DNA of 64,000 nucleotides from Amoebidium appalachense (GCA_963693365.1 CAVNZM010000013.1:1141817-1205816); one strand, 5' to 3'. Numbered from the stretch's first letter, positions 1 to 23,733 are shown. The notes: generated from the letters alone by a model not told the origin. Translations and numbers: made by a program.

Positions 1-7
1 TTCCCAG

Positions 8-1084
8 CCCACGTACATGGCGTCCGTGCCCACCATCATCGACCGTATTCGGCAGGGTGTGCTCTCCAAGATTAACTCCTCCTCCACCGTTATCCAGCAT
101 CTGTTCTGGGCCGGTATGAGCAGCAAGGGTGCCGCCTTCGACACAAACGACAGCGGTTACCTGGGTAACGCCACCATCGGCTTCTGGGACACCCTCGTGT
201 TTGGTAAGATTAAGGCCATGCTCGGTGGCCGCCTTAAGGCTATGTTCTCCGGCGGCGCCCCTCTCTCGGCAGAGTCGCAGCGGTTTATGACTGTCTGCTT
301 CGGCATGCCCGTCATCCAGGGTTACGGCCTGACGGAGACCTGCGCCATGTCCACCGCCGGTGATGTCTACGCTCGCGGAATCTACGGCCGTGTGGGTATC
401 CCCGAGACGTGCGTACAGTACAAGCTCGTCGACTGGGAGGAGGGCGGCTACCGCGTCGCCGACAAGGACAACGCTGATATCGGGGCGGCACGCGGCGAGA
501 TTTGCATTTCCGGGCCGTGCCTTTCCAACGGATACTTTAAGCTGCCGGAGAAGACCGCCGAGGATTTCCGCAAGGGCGCGCAAGGGGTGACGTGGTTCCA
601 CACGGGGGACATTGGCATGGTGCACACGGACGGCACGCTGCAAATCATCGATCGCAAGAAGGACCTTGTGAAGCTGCAGCAGGGCGAGTATGTGTCCCTG
701 GGCAAGGTGGAGGCCGCCCTGGCCGCCGCCCCCGGGGTCGAGCAGATCTGTGTGCACGCCGACCCGTTCCACTCGTTCCCCATCGCTCTCGTGGTGCCTC
801 AGAAGGGCGCCCTGCTGAAATCTGCCTCCGCGGCCGGTATCAACACCGATAGGGATTGGGAGGCCGTGTGCGCCGATCCAGAGGTGGAAAAACTCGTTTT
901 GGCCGGACTTGACGCTACGGCCAAGGGTGAGAAATTGGCGCGGTTCGAGGTGCCGCAAAAGGTTGCGCTCCTGCCGGAGATGTGGACGCCTGATTCCGGC
1001 CTGGTAACGGCGTCAATGAAGCTGCAGAGGGCGCAAATCTATAAGAGGTTTGCTGATATCATCACAAAGACATACGACAAATAG
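8..1084 (+). CDS. Long-chain fatty acyl-CoA synthetase (ACSL3/4, LACS-like), terminal exon; gene begins before the window
   Basis: Acceptor ttcccag| at 1-7, then PTYMASVP... Adenylate-forming motifs SGGAPLS, QGYGLTET, RGEICISG, WFHTGDIG, IIDRKKDLVKLQQGEYVSLGKVE and WTPDSGLVTASMKL. Stop TAG at 1082-1084. Confidence 0.95.
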   Translation, partial: PTYMASVPTIIDRIRQGVLSKINSSSTVIQHLFWAGMSSKGAAFDTNDSGYLGNATIGFWDTLVFGKIKAMLGGRLKAMFSGGAPLSAESQRFMTVCFGMPVIQGYGLTETCAMSTAGDVYARGIYGRVGIPETCVQYKLVDWEEGGYRVADKDNADIGAARGEICISGPCLSNGYFKLPEKTAEDFRKGAQGVTWFHTGDIGMVHTDGTLQIIDRKKDLVKLQQGEYVSLGKVEAALAAAPGVEQICVHADPFHSFPIALVVPQKGALLKSASAAGINTDRDWEAVCADPEVEKLVLAGLDATAKGEKLARFEVPQKVALLPEMWTPDSGLVTASMKLQRAQIYKRFADIITKTYDK

Positions 1085-1769
1085 ATCGGATAGAATGAGA
1101 TCGGTGGTAATCGGGTACATAATCGGGTAATATGGGGCGGGGTGGGTGAGTGGGGGGGAGGGTGGGTGGGCGGGCGGGGGAGGGTGGGTGGGCGGGCGGG
1201 GGGGGGGGGGGGGGGGAGGGGGGGAGAGGTGGGGAGGAGGGGGGGGGATTTGGATGTACATGTGAATACGTCAAACATAATGAATAGCGACCTTGTTATA
1301 CAAGATATTGCTAGATATTGCGCTAATTACGACTCTAATTTGTGCTAACGATGATGGTTCAACAATCACTGTTTCTTCTTGCAGTGAAATAAGAACGTTC
1401 TCATTTTTTGCTTTATTACATAGAAATTTTATGTGCTGAATAGGATTCTACTACTTAATTGTTCCTGGTTTCTGGTGGTCCGACAGCAAATAAAGCTGAG
1501 TTGAGATTGTTAATTCAAGTCGTCTCCAATGGCATTGAAGTGCTACGGTCCCACATGACACACTGCACGTACATAGACACATACACAGACACACACGCGT
1601 GCATGTATGTGTTCCCGCTCCCCCCCCCCCCCCCCCCTCCCCTCCCTCCCCCCTCCCCATGCACACACACACATGCATGCACAAACATACACACAAGAGC
1701 TAAGTTCCCACATTACACACTGCAGACACATGCATGCTTATGCACAGACACACACAGGTGCAGATATGC

Positions 1770-1804
<35 letters not shown>

Positions 1805-2645
1805 CCCCCCAAGTAAGTTCCACTGGTAGTACGTGGATTTATTGTCATAATATATCCCTGTTGCTTATCCCCCTACCTCCCTCCCTCCCCTCGAGCTCCC
1901 CCTCCCCTCCCCCTTCCCCCCTCCTACCCCTCTTCTGTAGGTAACCCGAGTGGTATTTCTTTTACTCTCCTCCCCCCCCCCCCCCCCCCCCCCCCCCCCT
2001 TTCCCCCCCACACACGCCCCTTCCACCACCCGTGACCCTCCCACCCACACACACGACACAAACACACAACACATTCGCACACCCCCCGTGTAGGGAATTC
2101 ACGATCCTTACAATAAAGCTATCAACCCAAGGATTGTGCCCTGCACATACTGTAGGCCTCCTGTCACAAACACGAACCCCCCCCCCCCCCCCCCCCCCCC
2201 CCCCACACACACACACGCATACATATGCATTTTCTTGTTTATAACTTGATACGATGCAGAAATACAGACACTCTCACATTAATGGATTATCCCTCATGGC
2301 TAGGGAACACATTTAGGTGACTTACCAACAAGAGTAGCGCACACACCTCAGCACACGGCATAAGCATACATACACACACACCCTTCCAGCCGCAGCCTGC
2401 GTGCAGATACACATGTGCAAATATACGTAGACAGATCTAAATACACAGAACACACGCATGTGCGCAGACCGGCGGGCGGGCATGTGTAGAAAAACATGCA
2501 TGCACACAAACAAACACACACACACACACACACATAAACACATGCGCGCGCACACACACACACACATACAAACACACACACGCACGCACACGCACGCACG
2601 CACACACGCACACACGCGCGCGCACACACACACACATGCACGCAC

Positions 2646-2689
<44 letters not shown>

Positions 2690-2722
2690 TGCACGCACCC
2701 ACGCACGCACACACGCACACGC

Positions 2723-2761
<39 letters not shown>

Positions 2762-2819
2762 CACGCACGCACGCACACACACACGCACCGCACACACACA
2801 AACACACACACACACACAT

Positions 2820-2856
<37 letters not shown>

Positions 2857-3427
2857 CACACACACAAACACAACTGTGGCAGAGCGGGTTCATTTAATTG
2901 GGGTTGGCTAAGTTCTTCGGGTCTCTGATTCCCTTCAACGTTTTGCACAGTAAGTTACGAAATTCCTCCCAAGGAAATATGAGCTAAGCAACGCGAAAAC
3001 CACGTTTCATTCCTAATGGGTAGGCCCACCATAAAAACAAAAGGACCGAAAGGTATAAACTTCAACGTTTTTGGGCCAGAATTTCTATGATAAACGTGCA
3101 TCAAAAATCCACATTCCTGTGTTTTGCATCCAAATGTATGTGCCGTTCCTCACATATCAAAAAGCTTACAAAAGGTTGTGTGAAACCAAATACCCCCCCT
3201 AAAAGCTATAGGCTTTGAGATTTTCAAAACTCCTCACTATAGCCAATGATAAGCTATTCTCTCAGAGGGAAAGGGAGAAAAAAAAAAAAAAAAAAAAAAA
3301 AACTCCACCCAAGGCTTGGCGCCGGATTGTATAGGCTGGCTGTGGAAAAAACGCTCAAAGTCGGAGGTTTTTGGTTTTCTTTAAAAACGCCACTTCCCCT
3401 CCTTTATATTTCCACCGTGACTATCGC

Positions 3428-13731
<10,304 letters not shown>

Positions 13732-15354
13732 GTTTGCAGTTGCGAAAAAAGTCGCGTCAACTAGATGATGAGTAGAAGCCTTTCTACACGCAGTTAGTCC
13801 TATAATAAAAAAACAGCTTGAGAAATTCAAGAAAATGAATGGACAGTTCAGTCAACGTCTGGTCAGTTCAGTCAAGGTCTGGATTCTAAATTCTGGACAC
13901 ACAACACAGTGTGACCGACCTTTCCATTCAAAAAACGCACATGTACAAAAGGTGCAGCATAAACCAACCAGATTATACAGATCTAACTTTGCGTAACCGA
14001 AAACACACGATGCGTTCCGAGCCAATCGATGTGCAATAAAGGTTTCTTTATTAGGCTAAAGCGCGATGAAGTTTCAAGAGAACCGGGGCCGTGACAGTGC
14101 GCAAACACAAAGGGGCAACCCTCCAAATCTTGACGCCACCTCCAATACGCCGAAAGGTAGCCCTACGTCTTTCGACCCACAATGCACCTGTCAGGGATCC
14201 GATTCCGGCCCTGACCAATCTCAGCTTGAAGCGCCATCACCTCGCACTCAGATCAGTTGCCGCCAATAATTCATGTTCACCAAGCTTCGAAAAATGATCC
14301 GACCATAATTCTATGAGGTGCCTAACATTGACAGCTCCTCTGAGCCGCAGTCCGCAATAAAAAAATTGTAAAAAGAAAGAACTTCTGCGACTATCTTAAC
14401 ATACTATTTGTCAAAAAAACAACAAACAGTACTTCGACAAAGAGGAAACCTCCTACTCGTGTTCAAAGATATCCACACTCGAGTTTGACTGTTATGCAGT
14501 ACTAACAAGAAAAAGGCTCGCTCCAGACAGCTTTCTTCTGAGTACCCTGCTCCACACCGCGCTGCGTCACAAAGTGATCGACGATATCGTGTTCACCCTT
14601 TTTATACCTCTCCACTAGCCGCTAAGACAAATACCGTGATTCCTACCCAACCATTTCATTCAAAAGGCCTACCAAATGGTATCGCACATTCCCACCCGCA
14701 TTGGTTATGTTCAGGCTTATGCTCGCAACTGCATATTCACTAGTACCACAAGGAGGCTGTACAACTTTCTTCTGCTTTGCTCTGCTTCGCTTCGGCGGCA
14801 TTATAAAAACTGAGCGTCAAATATCGTGTTGCTGCATTATATACTACCCCCAGATCTACGTTTATATATACCCGCCAAAAGGATTGAATGGTTTTTATCC
14901 AATCATAAAACTTCAAACCACTACCCAATGGTATCGCCCGGTTGTGCAAGCTACAGGTGTAATTAACGCTCATTAGCTAACTTTCACAACCGGGCCCTCC
15001 GACTGGTTCACTATCACGGCTCACGAGGCCACTTCTGCAACTTCCACGACCGAAGAATCTGACTGGTTCCCTACTGACGACGTCATTAGCGCAAGTTTCA
15101 CAACCGCGCAGCCCGATTCGCCACATAAACCTCCCCAGACCCACGCCTTCCGTATCGTGCTCTACCTAGCGCCCGCCCCCGCCTGACCGCCTTACGTAAG
15201 GCTTACGTAAGGCCCTGCGCAGGCCTCCCCCCAAACCTCCATATCGTGGTCTGGCCTCCCCCGACCCCACCGCCTTACGTAACCCCGGCCCCGCGCCAGC
15301 CAACCAAACGGCCCGGTTGTGGAAGAAGGCCGAATCTGCCGGGGGGCCCCCTAC

Positions 15355-15505
15355 GTGAAGCCACTGTATTGTAGTAAGACTATTTTTTATTAGTTCTATA
15401 TGATTTTTTGCGTGCCGGCTATAATTTTTTTTTTTTTAATAACCGGCGCGCAAAATATATATAGAACTAATAATAAATAGTCTTAATACAATACAGTGGC
15501 TTCAC
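15355..15505. mobile_element. Palindromic MITE-like element (151 bp)
   Basis: GTGAAGCCACTGTATTGTAGTAAGACTAT... is mirrored by ...ATAGTCTTAATACAATACAGTGGCTTCAC across almost the whole length. TA lies near both ends. Confidence 0.8.
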
Positions 15506-15967
15506 TAATTGGAGGTGGCATCTAGAGGGTTAACCGCCCCAACCCAGGGGCCAGCAGCTTCAACTTCGGAATCCGCTGTTTTTTTTTGTATTTTTTTTCT
15601 TCTTCTTTTTCTGTTTTTTGGGTTTCGTTGCCAGCTTTTTTCATGAAATCCAAGGTTCTGTGCACGTGTATATCTTCATACATTGAAGGATTTGAATAAA
15701 ACAGTGAAGTCCCACATGCCACGCAATCATCACCTCCTCTTATCTCAACAGCTATAGATTTCCGCCGTTTGGTTGCAGATCATGCATTATTTTCGTGACA
15801 CTATACAACAGCCGCAGATCTTCCACTGACACAAGTTCTTCACAGGCAGTCAAACTCCGCTCTTATCAATTTCAAGAAGCTCTGCATCACTGTGGCACTG
15901 ACATCTACAATTTTTTTTCATCCGGTACGCCCTTTAGGTTCTTCTTTAACCCAATCAAGCACACAAC

Positions 15968-17686
15968 ATGGCACAAGTCAGCAGCGATCCAGTTCGTCTC
16001 GGCCTGGTAGGCGCCGGTCTATTTATTAACCAGACGGTCATACCTAATGGGCTCAAACCCCACATCCTGTCCGGCAGGGTGAGGGTGACTGCCATATATA
16101 GCAGGTCACGTGAGTCGGCAGAGAAAGTTGCCGCTGCTCTGCAAGAGCAGCAGCCGAAAATATACACGGGGTCTGTTTTCTTTTATGTCCTGGTTGTTAC
16201 CTTGAATTGGTGATAGCGGTTTTTTTTTTTTTCTGTTGTGTCAATGCTTTCTGGTGGCATAGGATATATATTTGACATAATAGAGGGAACTTAAGATGTA
16301 GGTTTTTGGGAAAGCCCCCCCCACCCCCCCTCCCCCCCCCATATCTCTCTCCCCTCCACACTCACACAGACACACACGCACACAACACCACCATTATTCC
16401 CAACTGAACCCACCCACCCACCCACCCACCCACTCGCCCGCCCTGGACAACACTAACACACGTATAGACGGGGTGTTTTCTTTTTTGTCGGTTATCTGAT
16501 TTTCCTTAACTTTGCAAAGACACACGTTGTGCAGCATGTTTTCGCTTGTGGAGCCGCCACAATTTGTGCTTGAAAAGCCGATTATTCATGACGTCCATAC
16601 ATTCAGTAGGGCCAGAACACATGGCGATCACAAAGAGACATCTTTCCAACCCATGCATCATCAGCGTTGGGGGTGATGGCAACATTGAATCAATGGGGAC
16701 AAGGATCGACAGTAAGGCACACAACAGTTGAATAAACCGATCTCATTTCTCACGTGGTCGAACACTTCCCTATGCAACATCTCAAGGCACGTTGAGGCCT
16801 CAAACACTCAGTAACAAGAACCCAATTTCTGAGTGAAAGGTGAATGTGGTACACGCTTTCCCCTTGTCTTTTGGGCAGAATTTCTCATTGTATACAACAT
16901 CACCACTAACTTGTTCTCCCCAACACAGGGATAATGGCCTGTCTGAGCTCCTTGATTCCACCGAGATCGATGCTGTGTACATTGCTTTGCCAGCAAAGCC
17001 GCAAGCAGAAGCGGTATGTATGCACCCTGTGACTAGGAAGAATAAAGCATTTTTAAGCAAGAACACGACGGGGAATTCAAGGGCACAATAGCATCCCCTT
17101 TTCACGCATGGTAGATCACAGTAAGCAAGGCAGAGATCTGCATTTTTGCCACTACAGGATTTGTGGTGGTTATTGTCAAGGGGTGTGTATGTGTGGGTTT
17201 CTCCTTCTTTTTTTTTTTTTTTTTTTTTTTTTTCTTCTTTTTTTTTTTTGTGGGGGGAGGGGGTGGGGGGGAATGGGGGGAGGAGGAGGGAGGGGGAAGG
17301 GGGGGGAGTCTGGTGGTGGTGGTGGTATCCATTTATTTTGTTTTATCCCTTTTCTTGCTTTTCTGGTTTTTTTTCTTTTGGTGGTGTTGGTGATTGCGGG
17401 GAACGGGGGGGGAGGGGAGGGGGAGGGGGGGGGGGGGGGGGGAGGCGGGGAGGTGAAGGGAAGTGAAAAAAGGAAGTGAAGACGAGCAAAGGATGATTCA
17501 TCCCCCCCCCCCCCCCCCCCCCTCCCACCCCCCCCCCCCCCCCCCCCTCCCCCTCTATCTCCCATTCATCTCCACGCCTGTCCTCTGCAGGCGAAGGCAT
17601 AACAATACCAAGGGCAGGGATATCATCAAAACTTGCACAGGAAAATCGCTTGCTACAGGCAAGGGAAGAAGGGGGGGGGGGGGGGG

Positions 17687-17727
<41 letters not shown>

Positions 17728-19238
17728 GGGGGGGGGGGGAAGAATATGGAGTGTGTGCCCATTTGGGGTGGGGACCTGGCAAAGAGGCAGGGAATGAAGG
17801 GGGGGGGTGAGGGGGGGAAGTTCTAGGGAACGATGGGGAGCCTTGGAATCAAAAGTAGAAGGAAACGGTGGGGTAGGTGAAACAGTGTCAGTTAAGAGCT
17901 GGGAGAAAGTGCGTGTGAGGTCATGTTATGTGGTGTGTGTGTGTGTGTGTGTGTGCCATGGTGGTGGAGAGAGGAGGAGGAGGCCGGGGCCTGGAGGGGA
18001 GGGGGGTGGGGAGAGGAGGGAGAGGAGGGGGCAGGCTAACACAGTGCACACTCCTTCTTTTAAGAGTGGGCCATCAGAGAAGAAGAAGGACCGGACTGGC
18101 TCTGGGGAGGGGGCCGGGGGGGGGGGGGGGGGGAGGGGGGGGGGGAGGGAGGGAGGAGGTACAGGGTGACGCAAGCCTAAGAAAGGGAGAGAGAAGTAAA
18201 GAAAAGTAGACGACAGGGGCTAGCAACATGCGTGTTAGATCAATCTGTCATTATAACATATCATACGGTCCTCAACAACGTAGTTTCAACTCTTGCTTCC
18301 ATTCTTAATTCCTCTCGTTCTTTCTTCCTGATTCATTCATTCCTTCTTTCTTTCATTCTTTCATTCTTTCTTTCATTCTTTTCATTCATTCATTTCTTTT
18401 TGCTTTCTTTCTTTCTCTCCCTCGATCTCTCTTCCTTTCTTCCTTCCTTCTTTCCTTCCTTCCCTCCTTCCTCCCTTCCTTCATTCCTTTCTTTTTTTTC
18501 CTTCCTTCTTTCCTTCCTTCCTTCCTTCCTTCCTTCCGTCCTTCCTCCCTCCCTCCCTCCCTTCCCCCTTCCTTCCTTTCTTCGTACTTTTTTTTTTTTT
18601 TTTTTTCCCTCCCTCTCCCTTTTGGTTTTTTTTTGCCCAGGTGGAAGCAGCGCTGCGTAAGGGTCGTCACGTGATGAGTGAGAAGCCAATGGCTGTGAGC
18701 TATGACCAAGGGCTCAGGCTCTACGACATATACAGCCAGGTCAAGAGCCCAAACCAGGTACATCTTTACCAACCCCCCCCCCCCCCCCCCCCTTACCCCC
18801 CTCCCCCCCCCCCCCCCCCCCTCCCGCAGTGAGGTGAATGGGTCGAAACTCGGGTACTGTGAATGACTTGCACGCCCCCCCCCCCCCCCCCCCCCCTCCT
18901 CCCCTCCCCACACATACACACACCCCTGAGAATGGGCTCTGCCTATCATGCACACTCTTTTTGTGGTTTGCACTCTGCATTGTGTTGTCCGTTACAAACG
19001 TGCACTTGGTACTCTATAACGCTTTCTGACCCCCTCCCCCCCTCCCCCCTCCTCCCCCCCCCCCCCTCTCTCAAAAAAAATACGCAGATAAACAATTTTT
19101 ATATTGAAAGTAAAAATGGGGTGTGAGAAAGGGGGGGGGGGGGGAGGGGGGGGAGGGGAGGGGTGGCACTTTGATTTCGAGCATCTGTTTTTACTCAGTT
19201 CCCTTGTCAACTTCCTTTTCCCGTGTATGTGTGTGTGT

Positions 19239-19276
<38 letters not shown>

Positions 19277-19290
19277 GTGTGTGTGGGTTT

Positions 19291-19354
<64 letters not shown>

Positions 19355-19462
19355 ATGTTTGTGCAGGTGTGGATGGTGTCTGAAAACTACCGCTTCGAGT
19401 CCGGTTTTCTCGTTGCGGGAGATTTCATCAGCAGAGGGATCGGTAATACCCTCCCCCCTCCC

Positions 19463-19494
<32 letters not shown>

Positions 19495-19801
19495 AAAAAC
19501 TTCCGTCCCTCCCTTCACTTTCTCCCCACCGGCTACCTTCATCCTCACCCACCCCCACACCCGTCTCCTCCTCTCCTTCGGTTCCCTCTCTTGTCTCTGT
19601 CGGATCTTGGCCTTCACTTTCTAGTTTTTGCCCCAACCACACATTCAATTTTTAAATTTGTGTTTAAAATGAGCCCTCCACACGCTCCTCTCTCTTCCCC
19701 CATCCCCATCCCCGCAGGGGTTCTCCCAGTAGGACCCACGCCATACACGTGCATCTCTTGAGTGATTTTGCCACTTATCTACATACCCGAACAATATAAT
19801 C

Positions 19802-19832
<31 letters not shown>

Positions 19833-20190
19833 CCCCCCTGCTCCCTCCCCCCATTTCCCTCCGTTCCCATTTACCGCAATTGTTTTTTCTTTTCCTCTCT
19901 CCGTATCTAAAAAACACACACATCCCTTAGTCAATATTATGCACAGACAGGCATAGCCACACCCTTGCAGAGCATCTCCCCCCCCCTCCTCCCCCCCCCC
20001 ACCTCCGGGGAACAGCGTACACGATCACAGCCAAACCCTTTGCATTGCCCGTGCCTATGTGCATGCACCTACCCTTACACACCCGCATCTATAAACTCAC
20101 ATCAACGCACTCACATGTGTACGTACATACGTAAACATTCACGTGTGCATGCACACAAACACGCTGCAAACACACAGACACACACGTACA

Positions 20191-20244
<54 letters not shown>

Positions 20245-21288
20245 ACACACACACACGCACGCACACACACACGCACACACACACACACGTACACACACAC
20301 ACGTACACACACACACGCACACACACACACACACACGTTCACACACACACACACGTACACACACACGCACACACACCACACACTCCAACCCCCCCCCCCC
20401 CCACACACACACACCCGTACCCCTTCCCCCCCCCCCCCACACACACACACACGTACACACACGTACAGTGGGTAAGCCTTGTGTAGCCAACTTTCTTGTA
20501 CACAACCCCATAGGCCCCAGCAACCAATACTATCAAACACCGTGGCGGGTTAAGGTTACCATCCCCCCCCTCCCCCCCCTTCCCCCGGTCCCCGCCTTTT
20601 TTTCCTCCTTATAAAGAAAAAAGTTTGGTTTCTGGTTTTGGTATTTTTTTTTGTGACATTTTGTGCTTTGTCTTAGGATGTAATCTTCTCCGTAATTCCC
20701 ATCCTCCAATGCATACATCCCCTCCCCCCTCCCCCCCCCCTCCCCCCTCCCCCCTCCCCTCCCCCCTCCCCCCCCCCTCCCCCCCCTCCCCCCCCCCCCC
20801 CCCCCCTCTCCTCCCCCGGCGCTCGAGGATGGGCTCTGCCTATGATGCATGTTTTTTGTGGGTGCCTTGCAAGGTTGCAATGTCAAACATTTATGTCTTG
20901 TATCAAGGCTTTCAGCACAGCTGTTCTATTATAAACACAATTACATAAAATACGTGAAAATTTTAACATTCACACATTAAATCCAACTTGAATACAAGTA
21001 GAGTCTTCGATAACATCATCTAGAACACATGAATATCATAATGGAAACACATGCATATCCTTCGATACCATTATCTAGAATACATAGATACTAATAATAT
21101 TATAAACTTTCAACACTAAACTTTATCTCACATTCAGGCAGCCGAACACAGCATGGGGTTTCAGCTTGAGAGCTCTTGCCATTTTGTTGCCGGCCTACGT
21201 GCTGTGCTTGGCTGCGAGGTCGATGAGGTGGTCGGGGTGGCTGGGCACTACAGCGGTGAGATGCTGCCTACACCAGACACAGTGTCAG

Positions 21289-21319
<31 letters not shown>

Positions 21320-21345
21320 GGGGGGGGGTGTTTGTGTTTTTTTTT

Positions 21346-21387
<42 letters not shown>

Positions 21388-21480
21388 GAGAGTGTGTGTT
21401 TGTGTGTATGTGCGATGAGGTAGTCGGGGTGGCTGGACACTACAACGGTGAGATGTTGCCTACACCAGACACAGTGTCAG

Positions 21481-21516
<36 letters not shown>

Positions 21517-21535
21517 ATGTAGGGGTGTGTGTCTC

Positions 21536-21566
<31 letters not shown>

Positions 21567-21744
21567 GTGTTTGGAGAGGGGGGGGAGGGGGGGGGGGCGC
21601 AGGGGGAGAGTGTGTGTGTTTGTGTGTGTGTGCGATGAGGTGGTCGGAGTGGCTGGACACTCCAGCGGTGACATACTGCCTACACCAGATACAGAGTCAG
21701 GTGTGTGTGTGTCGGGGGAGGTGGGAGGGGGGGTGGATCCGTGT

Positions 21745-21802
<58 letters not shown>

Positions 21803-22860
21803 ATGTGTGTTTGTGTGTGCGTGTATGTGTGTTTGTGTGTGTGTGTCTGTATATGTCCCCCCCTCCCCCCCTGTCTCTCTCTCTCTCTTTTTCCCACCCC
21901 CCCAATCTCTCTCGGGATGTGTGGGGGGGGGGGGGGAGGGGTGTGTGTGTGGTGGGTATGGGTAGGTGGGTGGGTGATGGGTGGGTAGGTGGGTGGGTGT
22001 GTTTGCGCCTCCCCCCCCCCCCCCCTCCCCTCTCTGTCTCTCTCTCCCCCCCACCCCAATCTCTGTGTGTGTGTGGGTGGGGGGGGGAGGGGGAGGCCCT
22101 GTGGGTTTGTGTGTATGTGTACGTGTGCGCGTGTGTCTGCGTGTTTCTATATCTGCCTGTGAGGGTAGGGGTGATACGTGAGTTGAGGGAGTGGGGTGGG
22201 GGATGGGGACGAAGGGGCATCTCACGACGAGCGAGTGCGCTTGTGTGTGTGCGTGTGTGTCTCATCATTGTCCTTGGACGTGTGCTCGTGCCCATGTGCG
22301 AGTGTGTGTTTCCATGTTTGCGATTGCTTAAACGAGTATTTCAGTGCTGGCGCCATATGCACGATAATCGATACCATGATTTATTCCTTGTTTGACCTAT
22401 GCATCTAGAGAAAAGGAACGATAAGTAAGAACCGACTCTCTCTCTAAATACCCACTCCATATGTATCACACAAACATGCCTTATATGGGTGGAGCATCTA
22501 CTATCATTATAACTAATAACTATTACATACAACTTGTTGGTCTAGATAAACTGACACCAATATATCCACTAGTCTGTCTAGATACACTGACTCAATATAT
22601 CCAACTCCTTTTTCCAAATATATCCAGGCACGGCGAAATTCAGCAACGGGGTTCTGTGCAGTTTTCTCTTCACGTACATCGACCTCCCCAGCCGCAAATT
22701 TGAACTTACAGTCATCGGCACCGAAGGGACACTGACGCTCACACGTGGCGCTCGAGACGGAAAACATGGATATACCGTATCCTGGATAAGGAAAGGTGAG
22801 ATACACTTAAGACATACCTTTTCCGTGTTTTTTTTTGTTTGTTTGTTTTTTTGTTTTGTT

Positions 22861-22891
<31 letters not shown>

Positions 22892-23646
22892 GAGGGGGGG
22901 GAGTGGGGAGAGAGAGAGGGGGGGGGGGGGGGGGGGAGGGGGGAGGCTACTCTCGGTGTATGTCTCTCTGCTCCTGGTGCCAAAAAGTGATCCTTTGTTT
23001 TCTACCCATTATTTCTGGATTATTCTTTGGTACCTTCTATCGAGACGGAAAACATTGATATACCGTGTCGTGGACACGGAAAGGTGAGAATCACTTAAGA
23101 TTTGAACCGTTTTCTTGTCTTCTTCTTTTCCTTTTTTCTTCATCTTCTTCATTCTTTTCTTTTTCTTTTTTGACATGGAAAATATGGATATATCTTATTC
23201 TGGATACGGAAAGGTGAGTTATGAACCATGTTCGTGTCGTCTTTTTCTTTTTCTGCCGCCTTCTTTTTCAATTGGAAAACATGGATATACGGTTTCCTGG
23301 CATTGAAGGGTGAGATACGCCTGACATGTACCTTTTTTTTTTTTTTTTTTTTTTTTTTGGGGGGGGGGGGGGAAGACATTTCCGGTCTTTCTCTCTCTGC
23401 TTGTGGGATATGCCAAGAAGGGCTACCTTTGTTCTGCCCTGTAATTGTGGATTATTATATGATTCCTTCTATGTGCGTGCGGGGCGGGGGGGGGGGGGGG
23501 GGGGAGGGGAGGGGGGGAGGGGAGGGGGGAGGGGGGGGGGGGTGGAGGAGGGGGGAATATTAATTCCCACACAATACCTGTGCCCGCTCTTTCCAGCCTT
23601 ATTCTGTGCAGGCAGTTTGTCCATGTGAATTTTCATCCTCAGCCAA

Positions 23647-23677
<31 letters not shown>

Positions 23678-23733
23678 ATGCACGCACACGCACGCGTGCA
23701 CACACACACACACACACTCACTTTACCACTTTT

